From an uncultured virus (IMG/VR IMGVR_UViG_3300025853_000072) (Duplodnaviria > Heunggongvirae > Uroviricota > Caudoviricetes > Crassvirales): DNA of 64,000 nucleotides. The stretch lies in IMG/VR virus record IMGVR_UViG_3300025853_000072; one strand, written 5' to 3'. Positions 50,422 through 59,672 of the stretch are shown piece by piece. Both the position numbers and the translations under genes were made by a program. The notes beneath the pieces are model-generated. The model worked only from the letters and a program-made list of their open reading frames with translations, did no database searches and was not told the origin of the DNA. The first letter of the stretch is position 1. Each line of letters begins with the position of its first letter.

Positions 50422-51404
50422 TAAAATAATTCGTCTGCTGTGAAACTCTTGGTGCTCTTTGCGTAGTCGATAGGCTTCTTGTGAAAGAAGTCAGACAACG
50501 CGGACGCATACACCTCCTCGTCCATCCACTCTGTAACGCCTAGCGACTCAGGATCCACAGGGAACTCGAAGGCGAAGCCGATGCGACGCATGCTCTCGTT
50601 CACTCTGTTCTTGAGGTAGTTGTTCAGGATGCTCTCGCTAAGGAACTCATTGTCAAAGCCTTGCAATATCCACCTGATCAGACTCTGCTCTGCATCGAGC
50701 GCAACTTGTGCCTCTTCCCAGATGCGTGTCTCAAGATCCGCGTCGAACAACTCAGGATGTTCGGCTCGGATCTGATTGACCAAAGCCATGCCGCCTTCTG
50801 CATGTAGGTTCTCCTCCTTCGAGGTGTACTGCACGACGTTGGCTGTGTCCTTGAGCACGGCCTTGAACCTGTTGAACCCAAGGATGGTGTAGAACTGACT
50901 GAAAAGTGAGACGTTTTCCGTGAAGAGCGTGAAGAGGATGAGACTGTAGAGGAACTGCTTCCTGTCATCTTCATATACGCGATCGACGTATTTGTTCAGA
51001 TAGGTAACGCGGTTCAGTACAGGCTCATTCTCTAGAAGAGTGGTGAACTCTTCTTCCAACCCCAGCTTCGTCAGGATCTCTGAGTAGGCACGGGAGTGGA
51101 TCACTTCCACGCCACCAAATACAGCACCCATGTCTGCAATCTCTGGCTTGGGCAGATGCTTGCCGATGTTTGACCAGTACGATTTCACCGCCACTTCTAC
51201 CTGGGAGATGAGCAGGATAGCACGCTTGATCACGTCGCGTTCCTGTTCGGTCAGGCTGGTATGGTAGTCCTGGACGTCTGACTTAAAATTAAATTCATTG
51301 TGTGTCCAGTGGCTTGCCCACATCGCATTGATGAGGGGGTCGGTGATTTCAGAATAGTCAAAGGGCTTGTAGCTCAGCCTCTTGTCAAAGATTGAGGTAG
51401 TCAT
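50421..51404 (-). CDS. nrdB: Ribonucleotide reductase class I beta subunit, class Id-like
   Basis: QVEVAVK (E..K), EVIHSRAY, TENVSLFSQF, EENLH and DFFHKKP.DY. Confidence 0.93.
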   Translation of the reverse strand: MTTSIFDKRLSYKPFDYSEITDPLINAMWASHWTHNEFNFKSDVQDYHTSLTEQERDVIKRAILLISQVEVAVKSYWSNIGKHLPKPEIADMGAVFGGVEVIHSRAYSEILTKLGLEEEFTTLLENEPVLNRVTYLNKYVDRVYEDDRKQFLYSLILFTLFTENVSLFSQFYTILGFNRFKAVLKDTANVVQYTSKEENLHAEGGMALVNQIRAEHPELFDADLETRIWEEAQVALDAEQSLIRWILQGFDNEFLSESILNNYLKNRVNESMRRIGFAFEFPVDPESLGVTEWMDEEVYASALSDFFHKKPIDYAKSTKSFTADELF

Positions 51405-51446
51405 GGGTTACTGTAAGTGGTGATTAAAAAAGGACTATGAAGATAG

Positions 51447-51953
51447 TTAATAATCCGTGTCATACTCCCACACTCTATAAGACTGTAACGTCTTGATATC
51501 GCGTAAGTTCAGTCGGGTTATCACATCTTCTCGATCCTTGCGAGTGTATCTTTTTAGGTAGGCATCCTTCTTGTTCCTGACCTGCTCGTCGCTTACGTGC
51601 TTCTCGCAGAACAGGGCAAGCTCTTGCCTATCTACAATGGAGAATCCTCCTTCCTCTGGCATGTCGAATGCGATGATCGTTGCACCGCCGTACAGCCAGC
51701 CTTGATTCCCTCTAACGTTCTTGAACTCCACCCAGATCTCATCTGGTAGGTTGTTCCCCTTCACATCCACTCCATGCTTCTTGCCCTCTGGTGACATGGC
51801 AAGCCAGTAATCGATGTGATGGTGTCTGTCCTCTGTGTGTGACGACTTCGTCACGGTCAAGCCTTTGCTCCTGGCGGCACGCACAAACCTAACCTCCGCT
51901 ACCCTTCCCGTACTGCCTGAATAAGCTCTGCGTTTAGAGCCTATGTTGGCCAC
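51447..51953 (-). CDS. PD-(D/E)xK-type nuclease-like protein
   Basis: E..F, HIDYW, VDVKG, WVEFKNV.G..GWLYG. Confidence 0.65.
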   Translation of the reverse strand: MANIGSKRRAYSGSTGRVAEVRFVRAARSKGLTVTKSSHTEDRHHHIDYWLAMSPEGKKHGVDVKGNNLPDEIWVEFKNVRGNQGWLYGGATIIAFDMPEEGGFSIVDRQELALFCEKHVSDEQVRNKKDAYLKRYTRKDREDVITRLNLRDIKTLQSYRVWEYDTDY

Positions 51954-52152
51954 TGTACTCTCCGATGAGTTCTCGAATCAGGTCAATCTCATTGTTGACC
52001 CACTCTCTGAAGTCTCTGATGTTCTGCTCGGTAATGAGTAGGTCACCGTGAGGCTCACCGTCGGGGTGCATGGCTTCATACATGTCTGTCGTAGCCTGGT
52101 GGATACGATCGCACGCTGTATGAATCCTATGACTTAGTTCAAATGTCTCCAT
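51934..52152 (-). CDS. Hypothetical protein
   Basis: 72-aa ORF in the operon. Confidence 0.6.
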   Translation of the reverse strand: METFELSHRIHTACDRIHQATTDMYEAMHPDGEPHGDLLITEQNIRDFREWVNNEIDLIRELIGEYSGQHRL

Positions 52153-52600
52153 CCTTGATTGATTTTAGAATTTCTTGAATAGCGTGGTCTACCTGACCGC
52201 TATTCTTCGCTAAAAATACAATCGTTTTGGAGTCAGTTCCAACTAATTGCCGAAGAAAAAGCTTCCACCTCATAGGGAAGTCATGGTGTGAGGGAAGGTA
52301 ACCCTTCGTCTCAATGATCCAATCGTGATCCCTGCCTACGAAGTCAGGCTTGTATGTGATAGGGAGTACGACGGACCCTGAACGGTCCGTCATCTCCTTA
52401 CCTTTCGCAGTCATCTTGAAGTACTTGTTGGGGAATCTGAATCGGTCCATCAACTCGAAGGTGTGTTCTTCGTAGTCAAAAGCTAACCCGTATTCCTTTA
52501 GCTGATCTGCACAGTACTTCTCAAGAGAACTTGCATAACGACCCAGCTGCTTCTTGCGAGCGCTGGATCGCTTGCGTGTTCCTGTCTTTTTACGTTTCAT
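52139..52600 (-). CDS. T7 endonuclease I-like Holliday junction resolvase
   Basis: YASSLE...L...F.YE, YKPDF and IIETKG. Confidence 0.8.
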   Translation of the reverse strand: MKRKKTGTRKRSSARKKQLGRYASSLEKYCADQLKEYGLAFDYEEHTFELMDRFRFPNKYFKMTAKGKEMTDRSGSVVLPITYKPDFVGRDHDWIIETKGYLPSHHDFPMRWKLFLRQLVGTDSKTIVFLAKNSGQVDHAIQEILKSIKDGDI

Positions 52601-52604
52601 GTAC

Positions 52605-52612
52605 CGAAGGTA
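52605..52612 (-). promoter_or_regulatory. -7-like promoter TACCTTCG, 4 nt before ATG 52600
   Basis: One mismatch to TAnnTTTG; same spacing as the + strand promoters. Confidence 0.5.
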
Positions 52613-52631
52613 CCTCAGCTATTTTTCAAAA

Positions 52632-54437
52632 TCAACTTTTTGTGGAAACAAAGTCCAGGTTGATCGGCATCGTAGCCTCCTTCGGAAACGTAATCGGCTT
52701 GTACAGAGCGCGTTGTCCAATGCGTGTCGTGAACCCTGTGTGTGATAAGTTCATGAGCATGCAGTATGGATCCTCCAGTGGAGTAGGCTGACCGCCTGTC
52801 TCCACCTCGCGCACCTTTCGAACATGTAACTCGCTCATCCTGCGGATGTCTTGCTCCATCGATTGAACCTTTCGGTGAATCGTGAGGAAGCAATCCGCTC
52901 TGTTTACGAACTTTCCGCCACCCTCTGTGTCTTCGGCGTAGGGGGCAACGGGCAAACCGTCTGGACCCTTGCGCCTCTGAGCTTCAGTGACAGCGTGCAT
53001 GTTCAACCACACGGCTACGTCATTCGCCTTGCTGAATGTCAGGAACTCCGACGCTGCCTCGTAGTGGTAGTCGTGTACCCCGATGCTCGCGTTCCTCATA
53101 TCCAGTTTGAGACTGTTGTACGGATCCACGAAGATCCCGTCCAAGGGCTGCTGCCTTAAAATCTTCTCCATAAAGAGAATGATGTCTCCGTACGTGTAGA
53201 TCTGATTGTTGTTGATGATGGTAAAGTGATTTCCTACCCATTTGTATGCTTGTTTACGTTCGAGATAAGTCATGTCCGCAACCTTCTTGTCCATGGCGAA
53301 CTGCATCAAGGACATCTTGACGGATGCGGTTTTGTTTTCTGAAGAGTAAATCGCCCACTTCCATCCGTGCCTGACTGCAGAGTTGGCAATCAGGTACAAC
53401 ATGGTGGTGGTCTTACCCACGTTAGAGTGTCCGTTCACGATGACGAACTCCTTCTTGTATCGGAAGTACTCGTCGAGCTTGGGGTCGCCTGTGTCCAGGC
53501 CGACCTCCACCTTGCCCTGGGAGTAGTCGTCGATCCATCGGAAGTCTTCATCGTCTGAAGAGATGAACGACATGTCGCCATCGTTCAGCAGCATCTCACG
53601 TTGAGCAGACTTCTCCTCCTCGATGACGTCACGGATGGGCATGTTCTTGCCGATCTCAATGCCGTCGAGGATGGTGTTCAGTGCATGCTCCTCGCTGTCG
53701 ATGTCACGCTTGCAGATCTCACGGTGCAGGATGCGCACAACCTCGTCGTGCTCCATCTTACCTGCGGCAATGTAACCACCGCATAGTCGGGATGCGTTGA
53801 CTAGGACTCGATGCTTGTCTCCGTCGGATGCATTGCGAATCATACGCGCAGCCAAGTTCAACTTCATGTAGTCCGTGTAGTCGTACGCCTCGTTGCTCGG
53901 GACCTGTGCCTCTGCGAACTCTGTGCTAAAGTGTCCGAACTTCTTGTAGTCTTCCTTGACAATGAGTTCAGGGTCGTGCGACTCGAAGCAGGCACGTGAC
54001 TCGTTGATGCCAGACTCATCGAGCTCCAGTCCATACTGGCGCTCGAAGTACTTGATCATTGCACGGAAGTGGTCTCTGTGTCGCTCTGGATTCGTGATGT
54101 GGACCAAGGCCTTGACGCCGTTGCCACTAGGCGAAGTCCAGCACGAGTGAATGAAATCATCCGTGGCAAGAGCCCGCTTGGTTTGGTCAACGTCAACGTG
54201 ATCAAAGTCCAGTACAACAAATCCCGAGTGCTCGAAGAGCGCGTCGTCAGCTCTTGACGAAAACTCCCCGCTGAAACATACAACGGGGAGCGCTTTCTTT
54301 TTCTCTTTGTTACCTGCACGTACCTCATCAATCACTGTACTCGACTTCCCAGTCTGAATCCTTTCCAACGCTTGTTGTAGTGGTATGTGATGGGGGTTGG
54401 TCTTGTCGAAGACGTTTTTGAATATCGTTACTTGCAT
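52632..54437 (-). CDS. Primase-helicase (BT4734/VirE-N AEP primase fused to DnaB-like SF4 helicase)
   Basis: KKALPVVCFSG, HSGFVVLDFD, SPSGNGVK and SRACFESHD; Walker A GHSNVGKT; VDPYN. Confidence 0.88.
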   Translation of the reverse strand: MQVTIFKNVFDKTNPHHIPLQQALERIQTGKSSTVIDEVRAGNKEKKKALPVVCFSGEFSSRADDALFEHSGFVVLDFDHVDVDQTKRALATDDFIHSCWTSPSGNGVKALVHITNPERHRDHFRAMIKYFERQYGLELDESGINESRACFESHDPELIVKEDYKKFGHFSTEFAEAQVPSNEAYDYTDYMKLNLAARMIRNASDGDKHRVLVNASRLCGGYIAAGKMEHDEVVRILHREICKRDIDSEEHALNTILDGIEIGKNMPIRDVIEEEKSAQREMLLNDGDMSFISSDDEDFRWIDDYSQGKVEVGLDTGDPKLDEYFRYKKEFVIVNGHSNVGKTTTMLYLIANSAVRHGWKWAIYSSENKTASVKMSLMQFAMDKKVADMTYLERKQAYKWVGNHFTIINNNQIYTYGDIILFMEKILRQQPLDGIFVDPYNSLKLDMRNASIGVHDYHYEAASEFLTFSKANDVAVWLNMHAVTEAQRRKGPDGLPVAPYAEDTEGGGKFVNRADCFLTIHRKVQSMEQDIRRMSELHVRKVREVETGGQPTPLEDPYCMLMNLSHTGFTTRIGQRALYKPITFPKEATMPINLDFVSTKS

Positions 54438-54690
54438 TGTCTCGTGCGATCATAAGGAGGATAAGATAACCTGCGAGGTCTTGCAACGTATCCTCCGTCG
54501 CGTCGATAAGACCTGCGTTTTTAATTCGCTTCAGCTTGTCGTCGATGCGCATCTTGATGCCCGACACAGCGTTGGCTTCTGAGAAAATGTTGAGAGGGTC
54601 GAGGGCCGAGTCACCATACTTGGCGTTCTTGCTTAGCAGCAGGTCCTCAAGGTCTTTACACTTGCTCTTTATTTTGTTGCTTGTGTTCAT
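54328..54690 (-). CDS. DUF1599/nucleotide-modification-associated domain protein
   Basis: KNAKYGDS, RIDDKLKRI and DTLQDLAGYLIL. Confidence 0.75.
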   Translation of the reverse strand: MNTSNKIKSKCKDLEDLLLSKNAKYGDSALDPLNIFSEANAVSGIKMRIDDKLKRIKNAGLIDATEDTLQDLAGYLILLMIARDNASNDIQKRLRQDQPPSHTTTTSVGKDSDWEVEYSD

Positions 54691-54949
54691 CTTTAGTCAG
54701 TGTAGAATGTGAGATGAGCTTCTTGTCTAGGATTTCCCTGATGATTATTTGCTTCTCCGACTTGGCGTTCTTGCCGTAGAGCTCATGCTCTAGGCGTGTC
54801 ATTGTTTTGATGTCGTAATTGCGGATGTCATTCGGGTTGTCGAAGACGGATACTATCCACACAACACGCTCGTGTACAACCTTCCGTTTCTTGAAGGCGA
54901 CACGAGCGGTCATGTAGTAGATAGGTGCCCTATCAGAATGGCAAGTCAT
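54656..54949 (-). CDS. Hypothetical protein
   Basis: ORF between SSB and DUF1599; start uncertain. Confidence 0.55.
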   Translation of the reverse strand: MTCHSDRAPIYYMTARVAFKKRKVVHERVVWIVSVFDNPNDIRNYDIKTMTRLEHELYGKNAKSEKQIIIREILDKKLISHSTLTKDEHKQQNKEQV

Positions 54950-55253
54950 CTGACTCAGCAACAGGTGCTGGGGCATCCTGTGCTGCTTGAGCCTTCGCTT
55001 CACGCTTGGCTTGGGCAGCTGCGCTGTTCGGATCGAACACCGAACAGCAAGGCTTGCCGTTCTTGGACATGAACAACTTGAGGTAGACGTTGCCGCCCTG
55101 TCCCTGATCGTTCACGGTGGTTGCATACTTGTCAATCATCTCTTGAAGTTCAGACTTCTTGAGTTTGACGGACCAAGATGAGAGGTTGTCCTCGTAGTAA
55201 CGAGGTTCTTCGGTGTACCCTACGAGTACGGAGTCATAGCTGTTATCGCTCAT
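54933..55253 (-). CDS. ssb: Single-stranded DNA-binding protein
   Basis: Acidic tail ESDDLPF; next to exonuclease and annealing genes. Confidence 0.7.
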   Translation of the reverse strand: MSDNSYDSVLVGYTEEPRYYEDNLSSWSVKLKKSELQEMIDKYATTVNDQGQGGNVYLKLFMSKNGKPCCSVFDPNSAAAQAKREAKAQAAQDAPAPVAESDDLPF

Positions 55254-55350
55254 GATGTAAATAAATTAAAAAAATTAAACAGGAAAGATATCGGTAAAGG
55301 TATAGTACAATGAGAATGCAAGCAAGCATTTCCAAAGTACCCGTGTAGTC

Positions 55351-56124
55351 TTATACAATAAAGTCGGCATAGTGTTTTTCTGTTGGTGTGCTGTCGTTCA
55401 GCCAGTTATTGATGTTCTCGATCGCTTCGTGAAACTTCATCTCACCCTTGAACAGGGTCTCGTCGGAGCACTTGACGTCTGCAGGGAAGAAGGGGTAAGC
55501 CTTCTCCTGCACGACCCAGTAGTACTCCTTGATGCCGAACACCTTGGTGTAGATGTAGGCCTGGATGTCGTAGCTAAAGCTGTTGACGTCGTACCTGAAC
55601 TTGTCGATCGAGCGTGATGACTTGGAGTCCACGATGAACTCCCCGTCACGCAGACAATCGAGGAACCCCTTGAGTGGGATACCGTCGAGGTCTGTATTGA
55701 ACTCAACCTGAAACTTACCACCTGCAAAACGCTTGTCGTACAGGCCGCAGTCTTTCAGGCGTTGGATCATCTCCTCAGCTCGCTTGACGTCAGCGGCAGG
55801 AGCTAGTTTCTTGTCCGCATTCGTCGCAGTTTGCCCCGCTTCGGCGACCCACTCCTTGTATCGTTTCGTGCTACGAGGGTTACGGCCACCAATGCTAGAC
55901 ACAATGTCAGCGTCATCGAGAGTGTAGTAGAGGTCATTGAATTTTTCAGGTTCGAACAGAAGCAAATCATACAAGGACCCGAACTGAAGAGCTTCTGATT
56001 CTTTCTTCAGCTGGCCTCTCATGTACATCTCCCAGAGCTTCATGTCTCCGAGAGCATACTTGAGCGAGGAGTAGGAGAGGTGGGGTTTGCCCACTCTCTC
56101 CTTGAGTTGCTCTCGCATTGTCAT
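55351..56124 (-). CDS. RecE/exonuclease VIII-like PD-(D/E)xK exonuclease (DUF3799-like)
   Basis: LSYSSLK, FGS..D..L.EP, KGFLD, IVDSKS and YDIQAYIY. Confidence 0.85.
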   Translation of the reverse strand: MTMREQLKERVGKPHLSYSSLKYALGDMKLWEMYMRGQLKKESEALQFGSLYDLLLFEPEKFNDLYYTLDDADIVSSIGGRNPRSTKRYKEWVAEAGQTATNADKKLAPAADVKRAEEMIQRLKDCGLYDKRFAGGKFQVEFNTDLDGIPLKGFLDCLRDGEFIVDSKSSRSIDKFRYDVNSFSYDIQAYIYTKVFGIKEYYWVVQEKAYPFFPADVKCSDETLFKGEMKFHEAIENINNWLNDSTPTEKHYADFIV

Positions 56125-56675
56125 CGCACAAACTTTCTCAGCCCTGCAACTTGTTTCTCTGAAAGCTGATCACCGTACTTCTTGGTGACAGAATCAAACG
56201 CCTTGCGCTTGTCCGTCTGTCCCTTGATGTAGGCAACCGCCTTGTCCATGATGTTCTCTACTGGCGCGTCGAGAGCTTTGCTAAGCTTCTGGACTTTAGG
56301 GTTGTCGACCATGGCTTGTTGTTGCGCGATTGCATCTTCAACTTCATTAGCTGACGCAATAGACGTGTCGATTCCGATTCCGAGAACCGCCAATGCACGA
56401 CCGACTGCTGAGGTTTCACAGTTTTCGACATAGCTTGTCTTGTTAATGTTGGACGATGACTTCACCTCATGAGCGTGACCCTGAGCCACGATAGTACCCT
56501 CTGCTGTAGTGATCGTACAGCGGCACATGCATTGTGTGTCGTCAATGATCGGGAACTCCGTGTGGATGCCCCAGTTTTTGAAGCGGTCCTCTTGGCGAAA
56601 GAACTTGATGCGCTCGTTCACTTCGACGTACTGCTTGCCACGTATGTTCGTGGTCTTGAACTTGTAATTAGACAT
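56121..56675 (-). CDS. Single-strand annealing protein (Rad52/Sak-like)
   Basis: GKQYVEVNERI and INKTSYVENCETSAVGRALA..GIG. Confidence 0.8.
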   Translation of the reverse strand: MSNYKFKTTNIRGKQYVEVNERIKFFRQEDRFKNWGIHTEFPIIDDTQCMCRCTITTAEGTIVAQGHAHEVKSSSNINKTSYVENCETSAVGRALAVLGIGIDTSIASANEVEDAIAQQQAMVDNPKVQKLSKALDAPVENIMDKAVAYIKGQTDKRKAFDSVTKKYGDQLSEKQVAGLRKFVR

Positions 56676-56684
56676 TGAATTGAA

Positions 56685-57155
56685 TTAGTTGTGGACAAAT
56701 GTAGGGGAAAGGTTCGACACATCCAAGGATTTGTCGACACTTTCTTCAATCTTAGCACGCCGACGCTTGAGCTGTACGATCGTGCGGTTGAGTGTCTCAA
56801 GCTCAGTCTTGACGCACAACACAGAGGATTCTAGCATGACTCGTTGAACCATATTGTGCTTGCTTGCAAAGTCCTCGATAACTTTAAGGGCCATGGAGTA
56901 ATTGAAGCGATAGAATGGTGAGCTCGCGGTGTACACCTCGTGTTGCTTCATCATGTGTACGATCGTGGAATGATCACCCTTGCCTAGCATGTCTGCTATT
57001 TGACGGAAGGTTGCGTAAGGTCTGATGGCGTTAGCCAAGGCTGACCGCACCTCCACCTTGTCTCGGCGTCGGCAGTTGGGTTCGATGCATTCACCGATGG
57101 CATCTTCGTACTCGATACGAATACGTTCGAGCAGTTGCTCAATTTTCATGTTCAT
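56685..57155 (-). CDS. DnaA C-terminal-like HTH protein
   Basis: RRRDKVEVR...IADMLG.GDHSTIVH. Confidence 0.75.
   Translation of the reverse strand: MNMKIEQLLERIRIEYEDAIGECIEPNCRRRDKVEVRSALANAIRPYATFRQIADMLGKGDHSTIVHMMKQHEVYTASSPFYRFNYSMALKVIEDFASKHNMVQRVMLESSVLCVKTELETLNRTIVQLKRRRAKIEESVDKSLDVSNLSPTFVHN
56696..56726 (-). promoter_or_regulatory. Bacteroidota promoter TTG-N20-TACATTTG for the recombination operon
   Basis: -7 element at 56696-56703; TTG at 56724-56726. Confidence 0.7.
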
Positions 57156-57537
57156 TGTAAAAAAATTTATATGCTAGTTCTTGTAATTCTAGGTAGGTCA
57201 ACATGGACTTCATGATGTCCAGCATGCCAGTGTTGAGTGAGTTGACTAGACCTTTGACGTCAATCTTTTCTGATTGGTCTATGCCTAGTTCGTCGAGCAT
57301 CTCCTCTTGACTCATGCTAACATTGAACTGATCCATCAATCCGTTGGATACCGTGACTGTCGCACCGATGTAGCCATGCACTACCTCTTGCGCCGTCATG
57401 TTGACGAACCCCTCCGCACCACGCTCGTCGATATCGGCCATGATGAAACCGACTGCGTTGTTGACGACGGGACAGTCAGGTACATCCCACTCATTCTTCT
57501 GGTTCAGAACCCACTGTGTTAGTTCCAGGTCTGTCAT
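57139..57537 (-). CDS. Hypothetical protein
   Basis: Probable start MTDLELTQ. Confidence 0.6.
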   Translation of the reverse strand: MTDLELTQWVLNQKNEWDVPDCPVVNNAVGFIMADIDERGAEGFVNMTAQEVVHGYIGATVTVSNGLMDQFNVSMSQEEMLDELGIDQSEKIDVKGLVNSLNTGMLDIMKSMLTYLELQELAYKFFYNEHEN

Positions 57538-57643
57538 TTGCTTTGAGTTTTTTGAGTTCACGTTCCATCAGTCGCCGCCTGTTTCGGGGGCTACCCTTCT
57601 CACCCTTGGCGAGGTTCCTCATAAATCTTAGGTACTTATCCAT
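57491..57643 (-). CDS. 50-aa basic hypothetical protein (absent from ORF track)
   Basis: MDKYLRFMRNLAKGEKGSPRNRRRLMER...; fills the gap. Confidence 0.45.
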   Translation of the reverse strand: MDKYLRFMRNLAKGEKGSPRNRRRLMERELKKLKANDRPGTNTVGSEPEE

Positions 57644-58025
57644 ATATGGCTCTGTTGTTTGTCATCATCGTTTTTATTTTGAGTCCGTCTCTGTTGTCGT
57701 GGGTGTCGGTGAACCAGTGAGGGTTCTTGCGTGGGTTGTACTTGTAGTGTGTCATGGCGGACGTGTCGATCTTGACCGTACCCGAGTCCCACACCTGAAT
57801 GTCGTCGCACGAAACCCATGCACAGACCGTCTTGTTTTCACCCTCGAAGATGCGCTTGGCCGTAGCAGGTCGGTTACCCAGCACACAGTTACGCATCATT
57901 ATTGTCTTGAAGGATGGGTCGAAGTAAGACTTCGTATTCTGCTGTCTATCAAACACTTGCCACTTCATAAAGTTATCACCCTTGGCGAGGTGAAAACGTA
58001 CGCGATATCTTTTGATGTTCTTCAT
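57636..58025 (-). CDS. Conserved phage hypothetical protein (RFHLAKG.NFMKWQV...YNPRKNPHW)
   Basis: 129-aa ORF. Confidence 0.7.
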   Translation of the reverse strand: MKNIKRYRVRFHLAKGDNFMKWQVFDRQQNTKSYFDPSFKTIMMRNCVLGNRPATAKRIFEGENKTVCAWVSCDDIQVWDSGTVKIDTSAMTHYKYNPRKNPHWFTDTHDNRDGLKIKTMMTNNRAIYG

Positions 58026-58170
58026 GCTGTAGTTTTAATCTCATTTTAGACTCCCAATCTCGGACCATGCAGTCCAACATCATCTTGTCTTGAGGGGATG
58101 CGGTCGCCTCAAAGCGCCGCATCTTCTCCTCTATCTCCGCCCACTTGCGGTCCATGTACTCGTCAGTCAT
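57976..58170 (-). CDS. Hypothetical protein
   Basis: 64-aa coupled ORF. Confidence 0.55.
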   Translation of the reverse strand: MTDEYMDRKWAEIEEKMRRFEATASPQDKMMLDCMVRDWESKMRLKLQHEEHQKISRTFSPRQG

Positions 58171-58492
58171 TTACATTTGATTTGATTACAAATTTTGCGT
58201 AGGCTTTCATTGCTTCACATTCGGAGGAGAGGTGAGTGTAAACCTCAAACACATCACCGTCCTCCATCTTCTTTCGCTTGCGCAACCTCCAGAAATCAAT
58301 CTTCCTATCGATTACGCCTTCGACTACGCCTTGGAATCTAGTCAAGCCAGGCAATACTGTTTGTCTGTCTAGGGAATAGATGTCAATTCTTTTTCTTTCC
58401 TTCAGAGACTGCCTCCCTGCTGGAACTGTTATGTGAGTTTTATTTTTGTAAAACGTAATGTCTTTAAGTTTTATTTTTTCCATGTCAGTCAT
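58163..58492 (-). CDS. Hypothetical protein (AT-richer than neighbours)
   Basis: Probable start MTDMEKIK. Confidence 0.55.
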   Translation of the reverse strand: MTDMEKIKLKDITFYKNKTHITVPAGRQSLKERKRIDIYSLDRQTVLPGLTRFQGVVEGVIDRKIDFWRLRKRKKMEDGDVFEVYTHLSSECEAMKAYAKFVIKSNVND

Positions 58493-59078
58493 CTTCGGGT
58501 TTGAATTTGTCGAGTACGTTCTTCTGATCGACCGTGAAGTACACCCTGTGTGGGCGACTTGGAACACTTGGGCTGTCGTGGATGCGCTCTGACTCGTCAT
58601 CCCAGACCGACTCAATCCATGTGCCGTCGAGCTGATTGAATACGTAGTAAAGGTCTCCCTCCTTGAAGGGGTAGACCTTCTCACCTGTGTACTTGGCGAG
58701 TCGTCGCTCAAGCATAGCAATCTGGTCGTCACGCAGGGCTACGAGTTCCCTTTGCTCACGCCATGCTTTCTTCATGGTGACCTCCTCGTGGGTGGAGTCC
58801 TTGTATGCCTTGGACAACTCTGCAAGTTGGTCATTGAGCGTGGCAATCTCGTCGAGTAGCTTGTCAGCATACCCCTTCATCCTGTCGTACTCCTCGGTCA
58901 TGAACGCAAGCTTCTTGGTGAGGGATTCTTCACGCCCTGTCTGTTCGTGCCATGCCTTGGTTGCCGCCTGCTGACGGAACTCCATCGACTCGATGGTTTG
59001 CTTGGCACGGCTGATGGCTGACTCGCAGTACCGCACAGCGGCTTCGAGTTCGTTCTTGTTTTCTTGTACTGATGTCAT
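58485..59078 (-). CDS. Coiled-coil hypothetical protein
   Basis: 197-aa ORF, ATGA-coupled. Confidence 0.7.
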   Translation of the reverse strand: MTSVQENKNELEAAVRYCESAISRAKQTIESMEFRQQAATKAWHEQTGREESLTKKLAFMTEEYDRMKGYADKLLDEIATLNDQLAELSKAYKDSTHEEVTMKKAWREQRELVALRDDQIAMLERRLAKYTGEKVYPFKEGDLYYVFNQLDGTWIESVWDDESERIHDSPSVPSRPHRVYFTVDQKNVLDKFKPEDD

Positions 59079-59314
59079 GAGTGGTAGATAAATGAAAAGT
59101 GTTCACGAATAGATCGTCCGTAGGGGCTGTGGAACCCGTAGCTGTGAGTGCCAGGCAGTGGCTTGTTCTCCACCATGAAGCAGAGAACATTGTAAGGGTC
59201 GAGTTTAAACGTTGCGCCTGTCTCGGTGGCTGCTTCGAGAAGCATCTCGGGGTCGTGCACGCACACCTCTTGGACAACGTAATCGAAGTAATCTTGGATG
59301 TCTGATAATGTCAT
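59075..59314 (-). CDS. Hypothetical early protein
   Basis: ATGA-coupled ORF. Confidence 0.65.
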   Translation of the reverse strand: MTLSDIQDYFDYVVQEVCVHDPEMLLEAATETGATFKLDPYNVLCFMVENKPLPGTHSYGFHSPYGRSIREHFSFIYHS

Positions 59315-59535
59315 GCGTTCTGTTCTTCGTGAATACTGATGATGTGTTCTGCCACCTGCTCTTCGATGCGGTCCACTACCTCGTCCACCTGATCGTAAGT
59401 GAACCCGTGGGTCTGACGTAGGTACTTCTGAAGTAGTTGGTATGCACTCTTGACGTGGGTGTCAAGGCTGTTGGCATTGAAGCAGTCGCTGACTGCCACT
59501 CGGATGTCGAGGTCTGTCTGTGATTCGATAGTCAT
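59311..59535 (-). CDS. Hypothetical early protein
   Basis: ATGA-coupled ORF. Confidence 0.65.
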   Translation of the reverse strand: MTIESQTDLDIRVAVSDCFNANSLDTHVKSAYQLLQKYLRQTHGFTYDQVDEVVDRIEEQVAEHIISIHEEQNA

Positions 59536-59672
59536 GCGTTTCGGTGTTGATTGTATTGATTCATGATTTGCTCAACGGTCATGCCGTCGTTCAGGGATTC
59601 AGGTCGCCTGTCCATCCAGTACACAAGGGAGCGGAGGTAGTTGGCGGCGTAGTCATAGGGTTGTTCATTCAT
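59532..59672 (-). CDS. Small hypothetical early protein (MNEQPYDYAANYLRS...)
   Basis: Start re-assigned to ATG 59672. Confidence 0.55.
   Translation of the reverse strand: MNEQPYDYAANYLRSLVYWMDRRPESLNDGMTVEQIMNQYNQHRNA

Noticed and set aside
57600..57990. 15-nt repeat TCACCCTTGGCGAGG at 57600 and 57976
   Set aside because: Only two copies, both within coding frames (LAKG); no structure or regular spacing
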